From Octopus vulgaris (lineage: Eukaryota), in assembly GCA_951406725.2 (NCBI GenBank), contig OX597817.1, forward strand, positions 81,344,001 through 81,408,000: 64,000 nucleotides of DNA, given 5' to 3'. A program made the position numbers and the translations under genes. The notes under the pieces were generated by a model. That model was not told the origin of the DNA, ran no database searches, and worked only from the letters and a program-made list of their open reading frames with translations. Each line of letters begins with the position of its first letter. The first letter of the stretch is position 1. Positions 12,246-61,000 of the stretch are shown piece after piece.

Positions 12246-12811
12246 TGATGCAGTACCAGGCAGTGATTCTCATAGTTTTTGATCTTAACTGATTGGAAGT
12301 GTTATCATGTACATGTTTTGCCTTGGTATGAAAGATGGGCTGCAGTAAATATCCTGCTCAATACCACAGATTTGCTTGACCTTAACCAGTTGACAATGTC
12401 CCTTAGTGGCTGATGATATGTGCATCTATGATGATAAGCAGAAGTAATGGGGGAGCATCATAGCTGTGTGTTGAGAGGAATTCTTCAAGGTTTGAATAAT
12501 TCATTATTCAAACCTCTCGAAACATACATGTTTCATTTATCATCCTTAAACAAACTTTATTTAGGAAACTTTTGAGTGGGATGGGCTACTGTACTTGAAG
12601 AAAATTCTCATTGGGCTACATCTGCAAGGTCATATGGTGACTATCTAGATATGAGATCACCATGTCATGCACATATGGTTGTGATGCATGTGCCTGGTGT
12701 ACTCTTATCAGATGGGTGGTCATGCTGAGTATATTAGGCTTCTTATATTTGCACCTGAGTGTCAATTTGATGGCATGTGCTGCTCTCTCACTCAATAATA
12801 ATAATAATAAT
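12246..12811 (+). mobile_element. Unclassified retroposon-like repeat ending in (AAT)n
   Basis: Partial inverted second copy at about 20810-20945 (gtcccttagtggctga, gaccttaacca, ctcaata). Confidence 0.6.
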
Positions 12812-12824
12812 GATATCATTCCAG

Positions 12825-46955
<34,131 letters not shown>

Positions 46956-48612
46956 GGCAACATAAAAATTATTAGTTGGGTCCAGCAGTATTGCTACAAA
47001 TACTGCCGTTTACTATCATAATGATTTGCTTTATTTTCAGTATTAATTCTTATTAAGAAATGTGAATGAATTCACAAATTTTTTATTTACTATGATTCCT
47101 ACAAAAATCCTGTGTTAAATCATTATTTTAATCTGACTAAAATTGTGTCAATGTAATTTGCATGCATAACCACATGTAGCTTTGTGGTTAAGGAGTTTAC
47201 TTCACAACTACCTGACACCAGATTTGATCTGGCATTAGTGCAGCACTTTGGGTAAAGGTCTTTTATTATTATTATAGCCTCAGGTTGACCAGTATCTTGA
47301 ATGGAACTAGGTACATGAAAACTGTACAGAAGATAAACAGATACACACACATACGTATATGTAAATCATTTTAATATCTATTTATCCATGCTTGCATAGT
47401 TCATTTTCTAAGAGTGGATGCTCTTTCCGTTGTCATCCCTTATCTGTTTCCAAGCAAGGTTACATGACACCCTGGTTGAACGTTCTCACAGGAGATTGGA
47501 AACAAATGACATTGCTTACAGTATAGTGACACACTCTTACTAGTTTCAGTCCTTTGACTCTGGCCATGCTGGAGCACCACATTGAAAGGTTTCAGTTGAA
47601 CAAATCAACCTCAGGTCTTATTTCTTAAACCTCGTACTTATTCTATCAGTCTCTTTTGCCAAATCACTAAGTTACAGGGATGTATCTATATAAAAATTTT
47701 AAAATGTGGATAGCTCAGATTAATCTCAATTGTTTCCTCTTGAAGCATATCAACTCATTCCATTATTACAAAACAGTGTGGTCATTGTTGCTGCTGAATT
47801 TTAGCCAAAATACATATGAAAATATTTTTTTTTTGTCTGAAGAATTTCTAATGTCTATCTAACATGTAAATCTTTGTAATTCCTATTTGAAAATGAAACG
47901 TGTGCAATGGAAAAGAAAAAAATACCAAAAGATGTCCACTTTCCTGTTATATAGAGACACACAAACAGGCTTCTTTCAAGGCCTTGGTTGACCTAGGTCT
48001 ATAATAGAAGACACTTGCCAAACTGAAATAATGAGGTCAGAAACTACTCAACATGCCTGCAATTATATATGTGTATGTTATATTCCTTTTGTCCTGTAAT
48101 TTCATGCTTCAATAAACACAGATCAAGAAGATAAGCATTAAGCTGAAATAAATAGGCTCCTATGATTCACTAAAAAAAATATCAAGAGTACTAGATACTT
48201 GGAAAGATTCATTAACATGCAGTAATTCGGTTAATTGTAAGCTGATACTCTATCATCCCTTCATGTAAATTCAGTATGAATAACTTTATAAGGAGTGGTG
48301 GCCTCCTGAATAGAGTAAAGTTTAAATATCAATCACAGCTCTGCATGCACGGATAAATTACATAAGAGAATGTTTCTCATGTTATTTTTTGAATAAATTA
48401 GCAAACCCTCATTAGCTTCTCATTGTCTTTCCAAATTAATTTAGCCTGAAAGTTTTTTAAGTACTAAGCCCTACAAACCTATTGAGTCATAGGAAATGTT
48501 ATGTAATATGAGTCAACAAGAAGTCTCTACGTGGTTGCTCAAACTGCTAGAAATAACAGCCAAATAAATCTTTCTCATCTTAACAGGACACTGGATAATG
48601 TAATCCAAATAT

Positions 48613-48910
48613 TCTTTTGTCATTTGACTGCAGCCATGCTAGAGCACCACCTTAAAGGGCCTTTTTAGTGTAAGAAATCAACTCTAAGACTTATTCTTTG
48701 AAAGCCTAGTACTTTATATCAATCTCTTTTGCCAAACCGTTAAGTTACAGAGACAAACAAACAGACTTCTTTCAGTTTCTGCCTACCAAATCCAGTCACA
48801 AGGATTTGGTCGGCCCAAGGCTATAGTAGAAGATACTTGCCCAAGGTGCCATGCAGTGGGACTGAACCCTGTTGTTGAGAAACAAGCTCCTTACTACATA
48901 GTCATTACTG
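48613..48910 (-). mobile_element. SINE family A, internally deleted
   Basis: Similarity to other copies. Confidence 0.75.
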
Positions 48911-51266
48911 TCCAAAAAAAAAAAAGAAAAAGTTTATAGTCAAAATGCTTTTAATCATGAGCTGAATCCGAATCAAAACAATAATCATGTAATTTTGTAA
49001 AAGTTAGCTTGGCAGAATCCATTTTCTCCATATTATGACCATATGTATTTTTAGCAAATTCCATTGTTGCAAACATTCAGAACAGGTCTTCTGTATGAAT
49101 ATGATGTACTCCTTTCCACCTGAAAAACTTTAAAAGATGGTCAAAGTGATTGTCTTTGCACTAGTCATTAAAAAGATATTTAAAAAAAAAACAAACCCTT
49201 CTCTTAGAATAAAAATTTGAGCCAATTTGAAAAATGACTGACACAATGCAACAGTATTTAGTCTAATTGTAAAGAAATTTTTGGATTTTTATTAAAAAAG
49301 TTTATCTTACAAAGAGACTAAGTGTTTTTTTAAAATATTTTTATATACAGTATCAATATTCTCACACATCAGAACAGACTGGAAAACAATTATTTCTGTT
49401 TTTACAAGAATAACTTGGAACACCCAATTAAGCAGACCTAACAATCATCCCAATTGAAAAATGAAAAAAAAAACAACAAACAAATTGCATTCATTTTGTA
49501 AGCAAATCAAGGTTCTCACTTGGATTTTTACAATTTCTTTACATTGAAAAATGTTTTCATCATGCACAGAAATAGGACTTCATACAGCTGTCATTACTAA
49601 CATCTGCTCAAGCAGAACTGATTGCAAGCAAAACAATTTTATTTGTTAGGATTGTGCAAAATATATAACCAGTAATATACTGGAGTAAATTTAAGTGTTC
49701 CTTCCATCAAAATGTGTGGTCTTGTGCCTTGTATTCATAAGCACAAGCTGTAAAGCAGTTAGTTCTTTGGATAATGAATACCTGAAATTGTAATTTTAGA
49801 AGGAAGAAAGTGAAATGGCCAGACTAAATGTCTTATGGAATTTAGTTATGTTTTCAGTCTGAGTTCAAAGCCTGCCAGAGCAATTTTGCCATTCACTCCA
49901 TCCAAGTTTGATGAAATTAGCACCAATAATATACTTGGTTTGATTCAATTGACTGTCTTCCTAAAACTTCATGGCCCAGTGCCAAAGAAATTAGATTTAT
50001 GGAACAGCAAAGTACAGGCCAAGTGTCACATTTATATCCTATGTATTGATTTCTAACACCATCAAAATCAACTTTACTTCTCATGAGGTGGAGCAGGTAT
50101 GTGTAACTGGCAACACTTGGTCCTTTGTGACTCTTTCATATGGCATGTCTATCATGATTAACTATAATATTTAAACCAGCCATATCTGGCCAAAACATTC
50201 TACTTGTTTTATGTTCAAACTGGCCAGATCCTGCCTATCACACCTACCCTAAAATGTCATTCTAAAAATATACAAATCACATCATCAAAATCTCAAAGCT
50301 ACAAGATAATAATGCATGATTAATTCAAAACAATGTGAATAAACAAGCATTGCATTTAACAGGGTAATCTGAATGCTAGAGGGTTAAATAAACAATTTTT
50401 TTTATTGTTAAAATTTGCAATCAATTTATTTTTCCATTATTATATAACATGAATTTTCTTAAAGGATATTTTTATGGCTTGCTTTAGTGTAACATACAGT
50501 ATTATATACTGTGTTAAATTATTATTTAAGTGGTAGTGTGAATCAGTTTAGGAAGAGCTATATCTCATAAGGCCTGACACTGAAAAAACATGGGTAGAGA
50601 GAGAATATCAGAAGGCTGCTCTGGAAGGAAATGGGAGGGGACTTGGTTAGTGCAGAGAGGAGAATTACATTATGAGTGACTAGAGACAATTGGGTTTTGA
50701 TGGTGGTGATAGGTAACTTAATTCTGAGAAACAGAATCAATTGTAGTATCAGCAGCATGAGGAAACACAAGGAAGTTGCATGTCCTTGTCAAAGGTTGAA
50801 GTTTAATATTGAATATGTTACCAATCAGTCTGGTTTTCTTTTTTGATGTGGTCTAAGGATATTTGTAGGTGTAGCTGCTGCCGGTATAGAAGCAGTATTT
50901 CATTGTGAGTCTCACTTGAAAAATATCATCTTGCATGGGAGAAGGAAATCTAATCTTTGGAATGCAGTTATAACTGTGGCATGAATGTGAAATTGCCAGC
51001 AGAGACCAATGATTGAAAGGCTTATCTATCATTTATAGCTATTATAAAGAAGTAGGATGAGGGGTTTGCAAGATTTGTTTTACATTGATATATAAGATGG
51101 TATGTATTGGACAAGTTCACAAATTTAGATTGTGCGCAAGTACTCCATAACAATGAGCTTCAATCACCAAACCTTGTTTGGAGCATTTAATTTAAAAGCC
51201 TCTCAAGGTACCAACTTTATTCTTCAGTGAGAAAAAGAAAAACAGTGTAAAAAAAATATTTAAATA

Positions 51267-51272
51267 TTTATT
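51267..51272 (-). promoter_or_regulatory. Candidate poly(A) signal AATAAA for GLD-2 mRNA
   Basis: About 620 nt past the stop; alternatives at 51216-51221, 50401-50406 and 49288-49293. Confidence 0.3.
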
Positions 51273-51550
51273 GAGCTTCTTTTTAAATGTATTTTAATAA
51301 GAAAAAAAAAACTGAAGAGAAGGAAAAAAATCAACAAAAATGTCCTTTTTTTGTTAAATGAGCAGTTTTGACTAAACAGCAACTGAAAGAGTCACCTTTC
51401 TGGATCCTTTTAGTTTTATCTCTTTTCTTTCTTCTCAATGTGTACATTGGCAGTATAACAATATATGGTATAGACTTGTACAATAAACCTCTCAAACTTG
51501 AGAAAAGCTCTTTTCCTCACAATAACCTTATCATATGAAAAAAAAATCTT

Positions 51551-51588
<38 letters not shown>

Positions 51589-51888
51589 TATATACATACA
51601 TATATATATACATACATATATATATATATACACACACACACATACACACAAGCTTTCTTTTTGAGATAAATTCTTCCAAAAAGATATCAATTTAAAAATG
51701 ACCTCCAATATAAAAAAAAAAAAAGAAAAAGAAAAGGCAAGCACCCAAAACATTTTAATGTCTGTCTCAAGCTTCATTTGACTATCTGTGGTCAACTTGA
51801 CATCCATTGATTCCTTTCAGATGGGTTGGGTTGATATATATAAAAAGGGAGAAGAAAAAAAAAAAAAGAAAGAAAAAGAGTTCTGTCG

Positions 51889-52028
51889 TCAAAATTGCCT
51901 GCAAAGTATGTCATTTACTTCTCGTTTTTTACTTAACCTTCTGTAGCTGGTTAGAAAAACTCGGCGAATCCTAGTGAAAGTATCTGCATCAAATACTGCT
52001 CGAGCTGTGTTAGAAAGGTCAAAGGGTT
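51889..52028 (-). CDS. TENT2: GLD-2 terminal coding exon: PFDLSNTARAVFDADTFTRIRRVFLTSYRRLSKKREVNDILCRQF*
   Basis: Minus strand ctag|AA CCC TTT GAC ... TTT TGA. Confidence 0.92.
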
Positions 52029-55000
52029 CTAGAAAGAGAAAAAAAAAAAATGAAAAAAATCAGTGCATTTGTGCACATACACACAACTGTTATATAGAAC
52101 AGAAGCAATATTAGATTAAAATAGCCATCCAAGTATCATACTTAATGTAAATACCTTGTGGAAGGCAAATTTACAGGGGTATTCACCTAGAGATAATATC
52201 TCTTATGGATGTACTCTTTCAAAATAGCAGTGTCTAGCAAGAACATAAGTTGCAAACATCTGCAGTAAATGTTTTTCACAATGTATTTACATTAAGGGTG
52301 ATACACAGAAGGCTATTTTAATCTAATAATACTTCTGTTGCTTATAATGGGTTTTTCTTCAGCCAGAGGACTATTTATAAAACCAGTGAATGTTTATTTT
52401 TATGTTGGCATTGACAAATTTTGTCTATTCATGCAGCTGGTTGGATGTACAGGCTGTTAACAATACCTAGGAGTAATACCCAGTTTCTTTTTCTTTCTTA
52501 CACTTCATGACTAACTTTCCCCATAAAAATAATTACTCATTAAACAATCGATTTTAATCCCTTTGTTACCATGTGTCAGTTGAAACACAGTCTTTATTTC
52601 ATTTAACTTTGTGAAAAATAAAGAATTTAGTAAGATAACGTGTTTGGAACACAAATTTACAAGTAATGTGGATGGAAGGTTGTAATTAAATCACTGTAAA
52701 ACAGGAAATTTGTATTGTGCAATCAGGGGTGCTTTCAAGTAAGATGGTATCAAAAAGGTTAATGTAAACAAGCTTCAGTGTCTGAACTGTAAGAAGAAAA
52801 TTTACCTTCAATACTAAGATATTTCCACTGTTGAGGTGTGTCAACTTTTAACTTAACTTCTTCCACTGGTAATTTGGTCCCTGTGCGTACAGATATAGCA
52901 GAACTTTTGAAACTGTGAAAAGAAATTAAAATTGACATGAAATGAAAAGACTCATTTTTATTATCAAGCTGATTACATCATGAAAGCTTTGAATCCATTA
53001 GTGGTGTTGCATGTTGAATTTTAAATATTTCACAAGTATTTCATTTCATGGAGTCAATGCTTAATTTTCAGCTTTGAAAGATCTTCCAGACAATTCATCT
53101 TACTTTAAACACCAGCCCAATATTTTGAAAGAGGGGCTCAACTGGTACTTATTTTATCAACCCAGAAAGGACGAACGGCAAAGTCAACCTTGGTGGTATT
53201 TCAACTCAGAATGTAAAGCCAGCAGAAATGCTGCATAGCATTCTGTCTGGGATGCCAACAATTGTGCCAGTTCATCACTTTAGATCTTCCAATAATACTT
53301 AGAATTTTTCATCCCATTAACCTTGAAGTCAATTGCCTATGACTGAGCTTTGGCATATAAATGAAAATCTTGTCCAATCTGGGATTGATAGGTACTATGC
53401 TAATGAGAGTCATTGTGGCATAAACCTGCTAGAAAATAACCAAATATGTATTTTACTGTTCAAAAAAAAAAAAAAAAAAAAAAGCACGGAGAGGGGAAGC
53501 ATTATTGGCTAATTTAATGTAGCCCCATATACACTGGGAAAACAGAAGTCAACTTTTTTTTTGTTAAGGCATAGTCAGAAGTAGGAGGGTAGTGTTCTTG
53601 AATTTTACCGGGTTTTTGTGGCTGGTTGGGGAAAACAAAAGAGAAAAATGGGAAAAAGCAGTGTATTGAAATACTGAGCTATTTAACCACAGGCTGGATG
53701 CATGGCCCAAATTTTTTCAATGAACTGGACACAGCAAAGGCATTCAGGGTCTGGTGGTGGTATTAAACCAGGTGATAGATTGGGATGGGAATGTCACATT
53801 TAAAACCTTCTTTTGTTACCATATTTCTATTGAAATATACTGCCTTTCTTTCAAAAAATATTTTGAAGTCTTGTGAGTGGGTTTGCCAGATGGAAACTAA
53901 CAGAGACCCATTGTGTATGTATGTGTGTGTGTGTGTGCATATAAGTATGCGTATGTTTGTATCTCTTTGTCTTGACATTGCACGATAGTTATGAATATGT
54001 ATCACTGTCATACAAGCAGTGTCATTCATCAATATCTATAAAGCTGAAATGCGAAAAATTTGTTTGTCTCATTTTGGGATGGGAACGGTTTAAGGGCTAG
54101 TAGATGGGGTCGGATTGGCTCCAAAATTTACAGGGACATGTAAAAAGAGGCGAGGAAGCAATTGGCCTAGGTTAGAAACCCATATCTCAAAAGCTGTGGT
54201 TACTAGGGCAACAAAACCCAGACTTTGACAAGTGTTTGTCATTTCTCTCTTTCGGATATCACCCTGTCTTCCTCGATCTCTCTCTTTCCTTCCTTCCCTC
54301 CACTTTCTCTCTATAACGACGTTTTACAGCTCCATCTCTCTTTCTCCCACCACCTCTCTCACTGTACATCTGTCTATATCTACAGAGAGAAAGCGCTGAC
54401 AGCCGCAAAAGTTTAAATATTCTCACAATGTCTTTTAGAACGGTGAATTATTATCGCCCACCACCAGTGCACAATCATAACAGATATTATTAATCAGATA
54501 TATTGTGTTAATTTATATATGTGTGTATATAAATATATATATAATGTGTATACATCTTAATATATTGTCATCAACCCCAAGACATTAGTGATAGTAATAA
54601 CTCAAATAGTGGCATGTACAAAAGGCAAGTGTGCTTTCTGTTGTCACTGCCTGATATTTATGACTGATCTTTCAAAATATTTTCTTTCTCAACTTAGAAA
54701 GAGATAGATAGAGAGTAAGAGAAAGGAAGAGTAAGAGAGTAGGAAAGTGAGAGAGAAACAAAGAGGGAGAATGTGGCAATAAGAAACAGAAAGGAAGCAA
54801 CAGAAAGTAGCAACCCACACGTAGAGCGGGTCACCTTAAGCTAGTCTACTATATATGTGGGGAAATTCTGTTTGTGGGTGTGTTTGTTTGCGGAGTTGTT
54901 AGCTAACTACTCCTACATCATTTTACTGATTTTGATGAAACTTGACACAGGAGTAAAACTTGTGCTGGAAACCTCATAGCATACTCAGATTGTTGAAAAA

Positions 55001-58000
55001 AAAAAAAAAAAAAAAAAAAAATCGATAATTACAAATCAGCAGTCATTTGAAAAAATTAATAGTTTTTGCATTTCTCAACCAATTCGCTCCAAATTTGAGA
55101 TGCAGATGGAAAATGTTATGAGGATGACTATTAAGGAAAATAATTTACTTAGGCTGTAAGGAGAGGACAAAAAGCCACATAAAAACGAATTTTTCGATCC
55201 TCTGGTAATCTTTCTTGCCAACCTCTGAAAGTCTCTCCCTCCTCCAGTTGACAGTTTTTTGTATTTTTTTTGCGACGGAAAATACACCTTTTGTGGCAGT
55301 TATAACAAAATTGCTTTTTTATATCAGAATAATAAGGCATTTAAATAGCTTCTGAGAACATCTTTACCCCCAGGAATCACCGGGTACACCAGCTAGTTTC
55401 CAATATTCTGAAAACCTGTCAAGCCATGGGGAAATATTAACTTGCTTGGAAGCAGGTGAGGCATAGTAAATCTGCCTCAACAATTTTGTCTAACTCATGT
55501 AAGCATTGACAAAGACAAGTCTTTCAGAATAAGGGGCTGAGGTCAGAACCAATCATGTAAATTTTCCCACCACTTTATGTAGAACACCTCACTAATTACA
55601 TCCTCAAACTTAAAGAACAGAAAAATAAAGATTATGCGATATTTGTCTTTCTCCAAAAATGTGTAACCAAAGTGAAATATTTACAACAAAAATACAAGCC
55701 AACTCATTGGATGATTAAAATGTTAGCTTACTCAAAGTCAAGAGCATAATATTTGAGGAATCCAATGTAAAGGTCACCCAAACTATCGGTATTTTGAGAC
55801 TCATACAAAGGTAGATCTTCATCTAGACGTAGTGAGCTGATGTCGTTTTTGATGCTGAACACATCCTGCAATATGAAACAATAGAAAGAATTATCTAGAG
55901 CAAAAAAAATTACACATATTCACATACACCATAGACACACACTGAAAAGAACACATCTGTCATTGTTAAATAAACAAAGCTTTCACTTTTTGCCTGTACA
56001 GAGCTTCTTCACTAGTTTGTCCTTAAATGTCCATGCTTGTTTTCAGACTTTTAGTCCTTGTTTCATACACTCTGAGTAATACAAATCTTTCCTTTCATAA
56101 ATCCAAATTTACTCTGGTGGCTGACAAAAATTTGGGATGTGTGTGAACACCAGGGAAATTGTTCCATGTAACAATTGTGCTACACAGGACAGGCAAAGGG
56201 TTAAAACTTATAACAGCAATGTAACAAATATAGAGTTCTACAATCAAGTGACCAATGGCAGTGAATTCTTACATTGTATTTACAGCAAATCAGTAGAAGT
56301 AAAAACCTCCCTATCTCTTAATTACATACATTGCATTATTTTAGTTAATTATTAAAAGAAAACACCTGTCAATTAAACAGTGCTCCCACATCACATAGTG
56401 GCAAGTTATACCTTTTTATTTTCACAGCTTCCTGGGTAGGGCTAGTGAGAGATAAGCATCTACTAGTGAATATCTTCTGACAAGTACTGTGACCACCTAT
56501 TAATTTGATCAGCTTAGAATCTCTCCAAGCAACAGCAGCAACATAAATCAGGTTTAATTATTATAACACAAACACAAGTAGACAAATAAGATAGTATGAG
56601 GGGCGTTCAATAAGTAATACCCCTGACCCACTTGCAGTTGTTTGATCTAGCTGAAATTTTGCATGTGCAATTATTTATATCTCTATAGATTAAGTGGCAA
56701 ATTACAGCTCTGAACTAATTGTGGTTTCTGATTTACAGGTGTTTGAACTGAATCAAGTGTGAAATGGAGCCTGCTGAGTGTCGAGTAGTGATCCGGTTTT
56801 TGTATTTGAAAGGACGCACACCACGGGAGACTTTTGATGAAATGAAAGTAACTTATGGTGATGATGCCCTATCATATGACCTTGTAAAACGCTGGCATCG
56901 TGAATTCAAACATGGTCGGAACTCTGTGGAAACAGCTCCCAGATCTGGTCGCCCCGCTTCTGCCATTGATGAGGCATCTGTCCGTCAAGTTGAGGCTGCC
57001 ATTTTGGAAGATCGACACATAACTATTCGCCAAATAGCCCATGAGGTCAAGATTAGTACCGGGTCTATGGAAACTATCATTCATGACCATTTGCATATGC
57101 AAAAGGTGTCTGCCAGATTGATTCCCAGGTTGCTCACACCTTTCCAGAAGCAAGAACGCGTCAAGTGCTTGAGGATGAATTTGGTGATGTGCCAAGAAGA
57201 TGAGTCAAAATTTTTCAAAAGACGGATTACACAGGATGAAACCTGGGTCCATCACTATGATCCAGAGACCAAAGCCCAGTCAATGCAGTGGAAGCACCGT
57301 GACTCACCTCCTCCAAAGAAGGCATGGGTGCAGCCCTCCGCTGGCAAGGTCATGCTCACAGTCTTTTGGGACCAGGACGGAGTAGTGATGACAGATTTCC
57401 TGGCAAAGGGTACCACAATTACAGGAGCCTATTATGCTTCACTTTTGAGGAAATTAAGAGAAGCTATCAAAATCAAGAGGCGGGGCAAGATCAGCAAAGG
57501 CATCCTCCTCCTGCAGGACAACGCTCTGGTCCACAACTCGCGAGTCGCCAGATCAGAAGCACAGGCGTGCGGCTATGAACTCCTCCCCCATCCACCCTAC
57601 TCTCCTCACCTTGCACCCTCTGATTTTCACCTCTTCCCAGCCATGAAGTTATTTTTGAAAGGAAAACGTTTCCCAGATGATGCAGCCTTGATTTCTGAAG
57701 TCATGTCGTGATTGAAGGACCAAGCTGGGGTCTTCTACAAAAACGGTCTCCAGAGATGCATCAAACGATGGGAGAAATGCGTAACTCTGGGTGGTTTCTA
57801 TGTGGAAAAAGACTAATAACTGTGCCAAGTTTCATTGCTCTACAGCTTTGGGAAGTGGGTCAGGAGCATTACTTATTGAACGTCCCTCGTAGCACTCAAT
57901 ATGAAGTTGTAAATATTTAATAACATGCTGACTCAACTCCACAAAGTTTCATATACACACGAGATGCATTATTGTCAATATAGCTTTGAGTTCTACACAC

Positions 58001-61000
58001 TATAAGCCCTAGTTTTGATTTCAATTTTCTACAAGCATTGACATTTATATTATCATGTTACTTTCAAGTGTTGTATTTTAACATTTAAATGTATCCTTTG
58101 GATGGGCATTAAATTTAAACACCTATATGTAATACAGCAAATTTATTAGCAGATATTTACAATAGAAATGGGGCATTCATAATTCAAATGGTTAATCAAA
58201 AAAAAAATGCTATATTCTCAAATTTGCTGATATTTTAGCTACAAAGGTACCAGTGCCGGTGGCACATAAGAAAACCATCCGAACATGACCGTAGCCTGTA
58301 CCGCAACGACTGGCCTCCGTGCTGAGGGCACGTAACAAACACCATCCGAGCGTGGCCGTCCGCCAGCCTCGCCTGGCACCTGTGTCGGTGACACACAAGA
58401 AAACACCATCCGAGTGTGGCCGTCAGCCAGCCTCGTCTGGCACCTGTGTCGGTGGCACATAAAAAACACCATCCGAGCGTGGCCGTCTGCCACCTGTGTC
58501 GGTGGCACATAAAATCACCCACTACACTCTCGGAGTGGTTGGCGTTAGGAAGGGCATCCAACTGTAGAAACACTGCCAGATCTGACTGGCCTGGTGCAGC
58601 CTTCGGGCTTGCCAGACCCCAGTTGAACCGTCCAACCCATGCTAGCATGGAAAGCGGACGTTAAACGATGATGATGATGATGAAATTAGTGAATTAATGC
58701 CATGAAAGATGCTATTCTGATTTAGATTATTGAGATGAATTTTCATTAAGAATTATGATATCCTAACCATTCTCTAGATTTGCTCTATTCAACCTTTTTG
58801 TGACCATATTTCTGTTGAAATACACTGCTTTGTTTCAATTAATTTTGAAAATATTTCTTTTGAGTTTTGGCATCAGGCCAGCAATTTTTCAGGGGGAAGG
58901 CAGTTACTCAGTTTTGATTAGTACTTTATTTTATTAACCCTGTAAGGATAAAAGGCAAAGAGGACCTTGGTGGGATTTGAACTTGGAATGTAAAGAATAA
59001 AAAAAAAGCTAGCAAGCACTAATTTTGAAGAAAATGAAGAATTGAACTCTTCAGTGTTTAAACTGGCCATATCTGGCCCAAATATTCTACCTGTATTACG
59101 TTCAAACTGGTGAGATCCAATTTTTTAAACCTGCCCTACAATGTCATTCTAAAAAATAAACAATGACTTCATCGAAATCTTGAAGTTATAAGATGTGATA
59201 CTGTAGGGTAAGTGTGAGTGGCTGGATCTGGCCAGTTTTAATATAAAACAGGTTGAATATTTGAGCTGTATAAGGCTGGTTTAAATGCTAATAGGTTAAC
59301 ATGAAAGTTTGATAGCAAGCTATGATGCAGATCATTTTTACAAAGCAAATTTATATCTTAGAAGCAAAGGTGGCTTCAAGTGAGTAGGTATTGTAAAAGC
59401 AAGGGCAGTTTAGGGCAAGATGGTATCAAAACAGTTGAACTAGACATTCTTTCAAAAATTGCAGACATGACCAAAGCATGGACAAAAATCAAACATGATA
59501 TAAATATTTAAAAAATTATATTGCTATAAAGATTACAAAAAAAATAGTGTTTGATTTTTGTCTATGGTTTGGACATTCTTGTAAAAATTGCAGACATGTC
59601 CAAAGCATGGACAAAAATCAATTTTTTTAATTATATTCCTATAAAGATCATTAAAAAAAAATTAGTGTTTGATTTTTTAAAATTATATTATTATAAAGAT
59701 TAAAAAAATGAACAATTTTATCTCTTTTAGATATTATAAATCAATGTCACACTTCCTTGTCACCCGCAAAAAAAAAAAAAAAAACCCCTGTATAGTACAA
59801 GATGTATTTCTGGTTTGACAGCTTTTTTGAAATGAAAATGAACTTAATTGAAATAACAATAGAAATGTCAACTTTGTAGAATGTGAAGTGAATAAAGTTC
59901 ATAAGCTATTTCTACAAAAGGGCAAGCAGCATTTCTAATACAGTTCTAACCCTATGTTACTATCCCCTCATGTGACCCACTGTCTATATCCTCTCTTATG
60001 CTGACTGTCATGTACATTGTGAGTATGCTTTAGCACTTCATCACTCATCACCTTTATCTCCTTTTCAACTACTCCCATCCATATAATGTATGGTATCCAT
60101 GTAAATCCTTTCAATATTTGCCATAAAGCTACCTCAACTACACACCCTCACATAGTAGCAGGAGCTTTTTTTTGTCATTTTGTTTTGCAAGTTGGTAAAC
60201 TCACTAGTGCCAGTGGCATGATAAAAGCACTGTAGTGGTTGGCATTAGGAAGAACATCCAGCTCTGGAAACCATGCTAAAGCTGACACTGGAACTCAGCA
60301 AAGCCCTGCAACTTGTCAGATCCCTTCAAACCATCCACCCCATGTCAGCATAGAAATCAGACATTAAATGAAAATGACAATGATGATGTTTACTTCAAAG
60401 ATTTGACAACTTTGTTTATCTTTGGGAAAGACAGAAAGAAGTTTGAGTGGAGACGCGAAAAATTGAGTACCGTAAATCCTTGAGTATAATCTGCATTCTT
60501 TCCCCAAAATTTAAAGGTCAAAATCTCTAGTGCGTACTATATACGAGGTTAAAAATGAAAATTATTTTCTAAGCAATGTCCGAGTCTCTATTTGCTGTCT
60601 GGCAATGTTTATTCAGATGCATTTTGTGATGTCGGGCGCAAAAATACCTTAAGCTAAGCCAGAAAGCAATGAAGCAAAGAATCATCCATAACATGCAGTA
60701 AGCAACATTTATTAAACGTTATTACTGTTATTTCTTTATTTTCTGCAAACAAAATGCACAAAAAAGCTACATGCTTGCATCATGTTATATATACAATAAT
60801 AATAAAGGACGTTATATAGACCTCCTTGACTCAAGTTAGAGAAGGGGTGCGTTTTATACACAAGGTTTAGGTTTTTCAGAAGTACAGTCCCATAAAAATC
60901 CCCTGCGTATTATACTCAAGGGCAGACTATACTCGAGGATTTACGGTATATAATGGAGATGAAAACACTGAACTGGATATTTTACAATATTTTCCTTTGG

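Noticed and set aside
12405-12470. ggCTGATGAtatg inside a repeat
   Set aside because: No GAAA or stem architecture follows
58250-58520. CRISPR-like repeat array (also 7790-8400)
   Set aside because: Eukaryotic context, units are tandem without unique spacers, no cas genes
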